Assembly: GCA_964342815.1 (NCBI GenBank)
Contig: CAYFHS010000005.1
Location: 1 to 64,000, forward strand
Reading direction: 5' to 3'
Length of the DNA stretch: 64,000 nt
Source of the DNA: an uncultured archaeon
GTDB taxonomy: Archaea > Thermoplasmatota > Penumbrarchaeia > JASLWR01
Both the position numbers and the translations under genes were made by a program. This document shows, one piece after another, positions 18,248-26,277 of the stretch. Positions within the stretch are counted from its first letter, which is position 1; the number at the start of each line of letters is the position of its first letter. The notes under the pieces are model-generated. The model was not told the origin of the DNA, ran no database searches, and saw only the letters and a list, made by a program, of their open reading frames with translations.

Positions 18248-21200
18248 ATGGCTGTTGAAAATGATGAAAATAGGTCTTTCAACCCGTCCCCCGGTATATC
18301 CAAGCCGGTTATAAAAAGGGTGGTGGTCTTGAGTCTTATTTTCTTATTTGTACTTCAAGCAGGTTGGGGATTTCAGCTGTTAATAAATCCAGATCCGGTT
18401 TTACTGAATCCTTATGAGGTCGGGGGAAAAATCCATGGAACAACCGACCCTTACCGGACGAGGGGAATCCAGATAGAATCCGACGGTCTGGGTGGATCAT
18501 GGTACGACGATCTCGATGATAATTCCGGAATGGAGCGGGTGGAGAATTGTTCATTTGTAGATGGTGGGGTCCGGTTGGAAGAGGTGTTTCTTGTCGATAC
18601 GTGGTATCATGATGATTGGCCGAACCGAATGGAGATAAAAGTTGCGAATTCCGGCGAAGTGGATCTTTTGGGTTATCAGATAAATCTCCAAGTACCTTAT
18701 CTTGATGAAATGGATCTTAATTTTTCTGATATCAGATTTACCTGTTATGATGATTTTAATGGCATTGAAACAGGGATTCCCTACTGGATCGAGGATCATG
18801 ATTCCGGTGAAAGTGCCAATGTATGGATAAATGTTACCAACATTCCCGCAAGAGGGGAATGCTCCGTATTCATGTATTACGGCAATCCAAATGCCCTGGA
18901 TGAAAGTGACGGCGATGGAACATTCGTTTTTTTCGATGATTTTAATGGAGTTTCTCTTGATCTGAGCAAATGGGATAATCCTTCACCGGGTGGTACGAGA
19001 ACCTATTCAGTGGGCGGTGGTGATCTATATTTTTATATTTACGATGTTTGGAAAACCGGGATGAATTGTACAATGAAAGACCAATTGGATATAGATGGTC
19101 ATTTGATAGAAGCGAGACAGAGAATGCAGAAGGGTGGAGCCCTCAGAGATAATAATAACAAGGGTACAATTGGAATAGGAATTGAAAATCCATGGGGGGA
19201 TCACTGGTGGAGATATTATGGAAGGAGCAAAAAGGATGATGCATGGCTGAGATATTCTTTCCATTACGATAACACAATCTGGAAAGAGGGCTCCTGGGAT
19301 GGGGCCGATACCGACTACCACATTCTCGGATTAGGAAAGCACGACGATACCGTGTTCTTGTATGAAGATTCAGTTGAATTGACTATGATCCAAGATGAGA
19401 ATATAACCGATGACCGATATAAAACAAGTATAGTCAATGTTGTGAATGGATATGATGGCGGAGGATGGGGTAAATTATGGACCGACTGGTATCGTATACG
19501 CCGACAGGTTTTCCCCGAACCTACGGTTCACTTGAAAACAGTTTCCGGTGTAGCAGAATCCTTCTCCATCGACCTCCCTGAATCCATGAATTGGGACACG
19601 CTTTCCTTGATGAAGGAAGAGAACGGTAATTCCTATATCCGGGTGAATATAATGAATCCTGCCACGAACAAAACAATCGCGGGTCATGGTAATCTGGAAA
19701 TGGAAAATGTGGATATCTCCGGATTGAATTTTCTTGGAGTAAACTCCATTAGACTGCAGGCGGTCTTTACAGGGATCGACTCGATCGACAGCGTGTCAAA
19801 CCTGACAAGAAGTGACTTGCCCGAAAATGAAATAGATACTCCGTTTCTGTATTCTTGGGGCGTTGAATGGGTCGCTGATAATGCGTGGAGGGATAGTTTT
19901 ATCGGTGATGGCAAATTGGTCGGCGATGTAAATATATCCGGAGGTCAGCTTAAGTTGAGAGATGATCAATTATTATTGGAAGCGGGTCTGGTGGGATTAT
20001 GGAATTTCGATGAAGGTGCTGGAAACACGGCATATGATACCAGCGGTAACAATAATAATGGAACCCTTAACAACATGGACAACAGTGATTGGATAAACGG
20101 GAGAGTGGGAACAGCATTGGATTTCGATGGCAATAATGATTATGTTGGTTGCGGGAATGATGCCAGTTTGAGTTTCGGGACGGGTAATTTTGCCCTTGAA
20201 GTTTGGATGAAAACAAACACTTTCATTCCCACGGGTAATTTTAGTGGAATTATTTCAAAGTTTAATCGCCCCTCCCATTCAGGGCCTTGGATACAGCTAG
20301 ATGAGAATGAATATATTATTTTTGGATGGACCGATATAATTCCCATTCAAGGAGACACGAAGGTAAATGATGGGAAATGGCACCATATTGTGGCTCAAAG
20401 AACCGGGACGACATCGGCCGAATTATACCTTAATGGAATTTTACATAAATCAAACGTTACCGCACCGTCACGCAGTTCAGATTCATCTGCTAATTTAGAC
20501 ATAGGTCGTCTCATTCATGAAAGCAGATATTTCGATGGCCACATCGACGAAGTCCGGCTCTATAACCGCGCGTTGACCTCAGAAGAAATCCTACAGCATA
20601 ATTCCCGATATTACAACAATCCCACCTTCCGTTCCGAAACGATAACACTACCAGAAGGTACTGGATGGGATACATTCCGGGCCCATCGCTCGGTCCCCGA
20701 AAATACATACCTGAATATCTCGATACACGACGCGGAATCCGGTAAGGTTCTGGTTCGGAATACGGAAAATACGAATAATCTGTTTCTCAATTTATCTGAT
20801 ATTAATCCGAATGAACATAAAACGATCTACCTTCAGGCATATTTTCAATCCAATGAAACGGAAACGCCAATACTGTACGATTGGGGGGTCCAGGCCACAA
20901 ATAATTCAATGTGGCCCGTGGCCGTGGCGGGGAAAGATATTGCCATCGAGCCGCATGAGATAGTCTATTTTAATGGTAGCGGCAGTTATGACGATAAAGG
21001 CATTGTCAACTACAGCTGGTCATTTTCATACGGGGGTAGAATAATAAATTTGTTTGGTGAGAAAGTCGAGTTCCGCTTCGATGAAGTGGGTTCATATCTG
21101 GTACAATTGAACGTATCCGATGCTGATGGTTTGTGGGGAATCGATGAGTTGCTCTTAACGGTTGGTGATGCGGTCCCCCCCGTGTCCGATCCCGGTCCTG

Positions 21201-22405
21201 ACATGATCATAGACCAGTTCACTTCCGTTTTGCTGGACGGCTCGGGAAGCTCAGACAACGTTGGAATTGTCAACTTCACGTGGTCATTCGAATATGGGGG
21301 TGGAGTTATACTTCTGTACGGTGAGAATGTACGCTTTAAATTTTCTTTACCGGGTGTTTATGTAATAACCTTGAGGGCAGTGGATTTCCATGAGAACTGG
21401 GCTGAAAATTCCTCAACCATCGAAGTTCGAGATATAATCAAACCAACCGCAAGGGCCGGTCGGGATATCGTGGTTTTGAGGGGTGAGCCAATTTTCCTTA
21501 ACGGAAACGGAAGCTCGGACAACGTAGGAATAGTAAATTATTCATGGGATTTCCTTTATGATGGTGAACCGATAGTTTTGGATGATGAAAATACAACTTT
21601 TGTTTTCGATATTTCTGGAAATTATAACATAAGGCTCGTGGTCCGCGATGGGGAAGGGAATGTAGGCATCGATAATCTGACCGTATTTGTAATGGAGGAT
21701 GATGAAGAACCAGAGGAGAACAATGAAGAACCGGAGAAAAATGAGACAGATTCCGATGGAGACGGGTGGAATGATACCGCGGAGGTGGAATCGGGAAGCG
21801 ATCCTTACGATAATCGATCGACGCCCCTTGACTGGGATGGGGATGGTGTTCCAAACGAACGGGACGCATACCCCCGCGATTCAGGTCGATGGACAAAGGG
21901 TAAAGAAGTCAAAAGACTGAAGATTGCCGTTTATTTCGGCCTTGGTGTTATCGTTCTATTGATCTGTTTTATTGGGTATACCCGGATCAGCAAACAAAAT
22001 ATATTTCAGAATGGAAAACGGGAGAAAATATGTTCTTATATCCAGCAAAACCCAGGGCTGCATTTCCGTGAAATATCAAGACGAATGAATATCAATTCCG
22101 GTACGCTGTATCACCACATGCGGAAACTCGAGGATGCGAAAATGATAAACCCGATTTCAGACGGGTATTATATGCGGTATTACTACGGGAACCAGAACTT
22201 GAAACATAACTCGGTTACCCCGATGCAGGAAAAACTTCTCAAGATTATCGGGCAAAATTCGGGAATCACTTACAAGCAATTGGGTCAAAAGTTGAACCTT
22301 TCATACCCCACAATCTCTTATCATGTTACCGCACTTTCCGACAGCGGACTGGTTATGAAAGTGAAAGAGAACGGATTGATCCACCTTTACATAGCTGAAT
22401 CCTGA
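18248..22405 (+). CDS. Membrane-anchored protein: DUF2341 + LamG/concanavalin-like + three PKD + TSP3-like + TM + cytoplasmic double winged-helix
   Basis: Paralog of 13874..17266; start probably ATG 18248 (GGTG upstream). LamG motifs LVGLWNFDEGAGNTAYDTSGNNNNG, WHHIVAQR and FDGHIDEVRLYNRALT; TM about 21923-21980. Confidence 0.88.
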   Translation: MAVENDENRSFNPSPGISKPVIKRVVVLSLIFLFVLQAGWGFQLLINPDPVLLNPYEVGGKIHGTTDPYRTRGIQIESDGLGGSWYDDLDDNSGMERVENCSFVDGGVRLEEVFLVDTWYHDDWPNRMEIKVANSGEVDLLGYQINLQVPYLDEMDLNFSDIRFTCYDDFNGIETGIPYWIEDHDSGESANVWINVTNIPARGECSVFMYYGNPNALDESDGDGTFVFFDDFNGVSLDLSKWDNPSPGGTRTYSVGGGDLYFYIYDVWKTGMNCTMKDQLDIDGHLIEARQRMQKGGALRDNNNKGTIGIGIENPWGDHWWRYYGRSKKDDAWLRYSFHYDNTIWKEGSWDGADTDYHILGLGKHDDTVFLYEDSVELTMIQDENITDDRYKTSIVNVVNGYDGGGWGKLWTDWYRIRRQVFPEPTVHLKTVSGVAESFSIDLPESMNWDTLSLMKEENGNSYIRVNIMNPATNKTIAGHGNLEMENVDISGLNFLGVNSIRLQAVFTGIDSIDSVSNLTRSDLPENEIDTPFLYSWGVEWVADNAWRDSFIGDGKLVGDVNISGGQLKLRDDQLLLEAGLVGLWNFDEGAGNTAYDTSGNNNNGTLNNMDNSDWINGRVGTALDFDGNNDYVGCGNDASLSFGTGNFALEVWMKTNTFIPTGNFSGIISKFNRPSHSGPWIQLDENEYIIFGWTDIIPIQGDTKVNDGKWHHIVAQRTGTTSAELYLNGILHKSNVTAPSRSSDSSANLDIGRLIHESRYFDGHIDEVRLYNRALTSEEILQHNSRYYNNPTFRSETITLPEGTGWDTFRAHRSVPENTYLNISIHDAESGKVLVRNTENTNNLFLNLSDINPNEHKTIYLQAYFQSNETETPILYDWGVQATNNSMWPVAVAGKDIAIEPHEIVYFNGSGSYDDKGIVNYSWSFSYGGRIINLFGEKVEFRFDEVGSYLVQLNVSDADGLWGIDELLLTVGDAVPPVSDPGPDMIIDQFTSVLLDGSGSSDNVGIVNFTWSFEYGGGVILLYGENVRFKFSLPGVYVITLRAVDFHENWAENSSTIEVRDIIKPTARAGRDIVVLRGEPIFLNGNGSSDNVGIVNYSWDFLYDGEPIVLDDENTTFVFDISGNYNIRLVVRDGEGNVGIDNLTVFVMEDDEEPEENNEEPEKNETDSDGDGWNDTAEVESGSDPYDNRSTPLDWDGDGVPNERDAYPRDSGRWTKGKEVKRLKIAVYFGLGVIVLLICFIGYTRISKQNIFQNGKREKICSYIQQNPGLHFREISRRMNINSGTLYHHMRKLEDAKMINPISDGYYMRYYYGNQNLKHNSVTPMQEKLLKIIGQNSGITYKQLGQKLNLSYPTISYHVTALSDSGLVMKVKENGLIHLYIAES

Positions 22406-22406
22406 G

Positions 22407-22964
22407 CTATAAACTCCGGTACTCCTTGATCCTCTCTTCCGTTTCATCAAGAAAATCTGTCACATCGATACTATCCTCTCTTGCAAGGATCAGAAGCCGT
22501 ATCTCCGGGATCACATCCATTTCCTTCAACCCGTTCATCCGGCGTATAACATCGCGCTTCTCATACCCGCCAGTTTTCATTATATGTTCCAGTATTCTAT
22601 CGAAGAGCGACTTTTCCCTTGGAATATCCTTCGTTTTTTCCCGAGTTTTCTCGCCGGGGCCCCCTTCCTCGAGATTACTTTCATCGGGGGTTTTAATTTC
22701 CAGAACAAGCTGATCCACCTCTTCGAAGCTTGGCTTGAACAGGGGCGGAATCTCGATATTTTCCATGGTGAAGGTCGGCAGGAACCCCCCGTCTTTCTCA
22801 GAGACGTACTCACCGCTGACAGCTCGTTCCACGATTATCTTGGATTGTGCCAGGGTGAACCACCTCAGCTCCATGGAGAGTGTTATCTCCATTTCCATCC
22901 GGTTTAAAGGACGGACTCCCTTTTTGTGGTAGAGAAACGCTATGGTCTGCTTCAGCGGGTCCAT
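22407..22964 (-). CDS. DUF2240 family protein
   Basis: LKQTIAFLY...LSMELRWFT..QSKIIVERAV..EYV...G.FLPTF..ENIEIP.LFKP matches my recollection of this archaeal family. Confidence 0.75.
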   Translation of the reverse strand: MDPLKQTIAFLYHKKGVRPLNRMEMEITLSMELRWFTLAQSKIIVERAVSGEYVSEKDGGFLPTFTMENIEIPPLFKPSFEEVDQLVLEIKTPDESNLEEGGPGEKTREKTKDIPREKSLFDRILEHIMKTGGYEKRDVIRRMNGLKEMDVIPEIRLLILAREDSIDVTDFLDETEERIKEYRSL

Positions 22965-22999
22965 TAATATTCTCCAAATTTTAAAAATTCAGAAAGAAA

Positions 23000-23731
23000 T
23001 TACCTGATTATGGATTCAAGTTTTAAAATAGCTCCCGCGGCGCCTATCCCCTGGAGTGCCGAGAGGTCCTCGGGAGTTACGTTTCCGGCGGCGTATGTCC
23101 GAAATCCTGCGCTGATGATCTTCTTTATAAGTTGTATATTTATTTCACCCTCATCCTCCATGCGCCCGAAATCGGCCACGATCATCTCTTTTATGCCGAT
23201 GGCCCGCACCTTGGCTACCAGTTCACTTACTCCCATTCCGGATATGTCCCTCGATGGAGACATTATACCGTCGTGATAATCCAGTTCGAATACTACGTTT
23301 GGCGTTAGCTCGAAACAGTCCAGAAGAGTATTCATATCGCTGATGCTCTTGGTCCCAAGAATGATATTTCTGACTCCCATCATTATGGGGTCGTATATTT
23401 CCTCGCTGCAGAAGAAGCCACCGTCATACCACACCTCCATTTTCTCGGAAACATCTCTTGCGCATCCCAACTGAGTTTTACCCTTTGTGATGCTGTCCAG
23501 GTCCACCATGTGAACACAGTCGTAGCCTTCCTCCATGCGGTTTATAAGCAGAGATAAGGGTATCTCTATATTATTTTTCTTTAAAATATGATAGCTCCCC
23601 TCTCGAGTCACAACCAATCGTCCCGCGAGAATACTCAGAGAAGGTATTATCTTGAGATCGAACCGCTTTGTTAATGGAGTTACCTCGAATGGAATTGAGG
23701 AAGAAATAATACCACCCTCTTCTGGGGTCAA
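23000..23731 (-). CDS. HisA/HisF-related TIM-barrel protein (catalytic Asp apparently absent)
   Basis: IIPSLSIL.G (canonical IIPAIDL), HMVDLD, WYDGG, IILGT. Barrel length matches HisA. Confidence 0.7.
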   Translation of the reverse strand: MTPEEGGIISSSIPFEVTPLTKRFDLKIIPSLSILAGRLVVTREGSYHILKKNNIEIPLSLLINRMEEGYDCVHMVDLDSITKGKTQLGCARDVSEKMEVWYDGGFFCSEEIYDPIMMGVRNIILGTKSISDMNTLLDCFELTPNVVFELDYHDGIMSPSRDISGMGVSELVAKVRAIGIKEMIVADFGRMEDEGEINIQLIKKIISAGFRTYAAGNVTPEDLSALQGIGAAGAILKLESIIR

Positions 23732-23738
23732 TCTCCAT

Positions 23739-23990
23739 TTACAAGGGAGCCATTACCACTACGTCTTTCACGGCGTTAATCTTGTTGAAGGGAAGAACCA
23801 GTCTCTCCATGTTGTCAACTTTGAACTTGTTGAGGTCCAGGTGTTCGGTGGGAGCAACGAGCACGTGTTTCACCGCACCGTTGCCGGTATCGATAACGAA
23901 ATTGTCGATGATTCCCAGAATATCTCCCGTCGCACTCATTATGGTCTTTCCCCTGAGATCCGTAACGAATTTATTATTTTCTTCTATCAT
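23739..23990 (-). CDS. PRC-barrel domain protein (possibly CdpB-like)
   Basis: Start ATG 23990 (GGTGG upstream). LRGKTIMSATGDILGIIDNFVIDTGNGAVKHVLV...LPFNKINAVKDVVV is a canonical single PRC barrel. Confidence 0.85.
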   Translation of the reverse strand: MIEENNKFVTDLRGKTIMSATGDILGIIDNFVIDTGNGAVKHVLVAPTEHLDLNKFKVDNMERLVLPFNKINAVKDVVVMAPL

Positions 23991-24034
23991 GTTTTGACCA
24001 CCAGTATATATCCGCATTAATGTGATTTTCTGAT

Positions 24035-26242
24035 CTAACCGTAACCGTAGGGGTGCACATCAACATCCCCGGAAGTTACCCTGCCACTAAGCCGTTTATT
24101 AATAGTATTATAATATTTAATTGTTTCTTTACTGATTGAGGGCTTGAGCCTCAGTAAGGCATTTTGGAAATGATTTGCCCCCACAACGCTGGCACTCGGA
24201 TCCTCCCGGAACGCCTCGATGGCCGCTTCCTGGCAGAGCCCTTCTATATCGGCTCCCGAAAAGTTCTTTGTATTTTCGGCTAGATATGAAAGATCCACAT
24301 CTGATGCCAGGGGAATTCTCTTTGTATGTATTCCAAGTATCGAAAACCTTTCATCCTTGTCGGGAGGGGGTACGTATATCAGGCGGTCGAAACGTCCCTT
24401 TCTCAAGAAGGCCTCATCCATGACCTCAGGTCTGTTCGTGGCACCTATCACTATTACGTTTTCATATTTTTCGATCCCGTCGATAAGGGTGAGAAGCTGA
24501 TTGGTAAGGTTCTCCAATCCATGCTGTTTCCCGGAGCCTGTGTCTCTCGACCTCGTTACAGAATCCACCTCGTCGAAGAATATTATACACGGCGAGACCT
24601 GTCTCCCCCTTTTGAATATGTCCCGAAGCCTCTTCTCCGCCTCCCCCACGTACCGGGAGAGTATCTCGGGGCCTTTTACCGGGATGAAGGCCGAACCGGC
24701 TTGATTCGCCACAGCCCTGGCCAGCAGTGTCTTGCCTGACCCGGGTGGACCGTAGAGTAGAACTCCGTTGGGAGTCCGTATCCCCAATCTCCTGAAATCG
24801 GCTCGGTGACTGAAAGGTTTTTCCACGCATTCGGATATGTCCCTCTTGACCTTTTCCAATCCTCCGATGTCCTGGAACGTACATTCCGGTATCCTGACCG
24901 TGATTTCGCGAAGTGCGCTGGGCATTATTTTTTTTACTGCGCTGCGAAAATCCTGCATGCCCACGTTGAGATTGAGAAGTCCGTCAATGGGAACATCCCC
25001 GAGATGGGCCTTTCCATCGATATGTCTCTTGATTGCCGATAGGGCCGCCTCCCGGCATAGTGCCTGGAGATCCGCACCTACATATCCCGTGGTCTGGTAA
25101 ATGATGGAATCGAGATCCACGGTGTCGTCAAGGGGCATTCCCCGCGTATGGATGGTCAATATCTCCCCTCTTCCCTTTTCGTCCGGGGCAGGTAGCTCGA
25201 TCTCCCTGTCGAACCTTCCGGGTCTTCTCAGAGCTTCCTCTATGGCGTCAGGTCGGTTTGTGGTTCCAATGACAACTACGTTACAATCCTCCGGAAGCGA
25301 GTCCATTGACGTGAGGAGCTGGGCCACTATCCTCTTTTCCACATCTCCCGAAGAACCATCTCTCCGGGGTGCGATGGAATCGATCTCATCTATGAATATT
25401 ATGGAGGGTGCGCCCTTTACAGCCTCGGAAAAAACGTCCCGCAGGTTCTTCTCGCTCTTACCATAGAGCCTGTCCATTATCTCCGGGCCGCGAATGGTGA
25501 ATATATTTGCCCCGGTTTCCTGTGCCAGAGCCTTGCTTATCAGGGTTTTTCCGGTACCGGGCGGCCCGTACAATAATAATCCTTTGGGAGGAGTAATGCC
25601 CATCGTGCTGAAAATCTGTGGTCGATTAAGCGGCAGCTCGACCATTTCCCTTATTCCGGCCAGCTGGTTTGCAAGCCCCCCTATGTCCTCGTATCCAACC
25701 TTTTTTCCCATATCTATGATTTCATCGCCCTGTCGGGGAAGAACCAGTTCGATATTTGTATTATTATCTATCCTTACGATCCCCTTCGGTTTGACATGCT
25801 CAACTCTGAACGGGAGTCCCCCGCCAGTGATGGCGATACCGTGAACGGTCAGTACATCACCCTTGCTCAATGGTCTCTTGAAGAGTTTTTTTCCGATAAA
25901 TCCGGCAAGGTCGAGGGAGAGTATGGTTTCAGCCCTTTCCTTTGCCGTCCAGGGTGAAAGTGTACAGCTTATACAGACATGGGCCCGCACCTTTTCCACC
26001 AATACCTTCCCTCCGATACTGACATTACAGTTTCTTCTGGTTTCCCTGTTCAACCGTATCTGTCCATCATCACCCTTCCCATTGCCGGGAAAGACTATTC
26101 CGCATGACGGACGGTCCCCCTCAATGGATATAATGTCGCCGGGCGATAATCCCATTTTCTTGAGCGAACGGGGTGTAAGCCAGACTTTGTTTGCCCCCAG
26201 ATCTTCCGTCACGGCCTCTTTGACGATAAAAACATTGGACAT
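24035..26242 (-). CDS. cdc48: CDC48/VCP-family AAA+ ATPase
   Basis: N-domain plus two AAA modules: GPPGTGKT/IIFIDEID and GPPGSGKT/IIFFDEVD; SRH motifs TNRP..ALRRPGRFDRE and FLRKGRFDR. Confidence 0.95.
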   Translation of the reverse strand: MSNVFIVKEAVTEDLGANKVWLTPRSLKKMGLSPGDIISIEGDRPSCGIVFPGNGKGDDGQIRLNRETRRNCNVSIGGKVLVEKVRAHVCISCTLSPWTAKERAETILSLDLAGFIGKKLFKRPLSKGDVLTVHGIAITGGGLPFRVEHVKPKGIVRIDNNTNIELVLPRQGDEIIDMGKKVGYEDIGGLANQLAGIREMVELPLNRPQIFSTMGITPPKGLLLYGPPGTGKTLISKALAQETGANIFTIRGPEIMDRLYGKSEKNLRDVFSEAVKGAPSIIFIDEIDSIAPRRDGSSGDVEKRIVAQLLTSMDSLPEDCNVVVIGTTNRPDAIEEALRRPGRFDREIELPAPDEKGRGEILTIHTRGMPLDDTVDLDSIIYQTTGYVGADLQALCREAALSAIKRHIDGKAHLGDVPIDGLLNLNVGMQDFRSAVKKIMPSALREITVRIPECTFQDIGGLEKVKRDISECVEKPFSHRADFRRLGIRTPNGVLLYGPPGSGKTLLARAVANQAGSAFIPVKGPEILSRYVGEAEKRLRDIFKRGRQVSPCIIFFDEVDSVTRSRDTGSGKQHGLENLTNQLLTLIDGIEKYENVIVIGATNRPEVMDEAFLRKGRFDRLIYVPPPDKDERFSILGIHTKRIPLASDVDLSYLAENTKNFSGADIEGLCQEAAIEAFREDPSASVVGANHFQNALLRLKPSISKETIKYYNTINKRLSGRVTSGDVDVHPYGYG

Positions 26243-26277
26243 CCATCCACAACCCGGGCAGCTCCCTTGAATAAAAA

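Noticed and set aside
23000-23731. Link between the HisA-like gene and methanopterin synthesis to support the Fae story
   Set aside because: It lacks the Asp found in that HisA-related family as I recall it, lies 22 kb away, and sits in a different operon.
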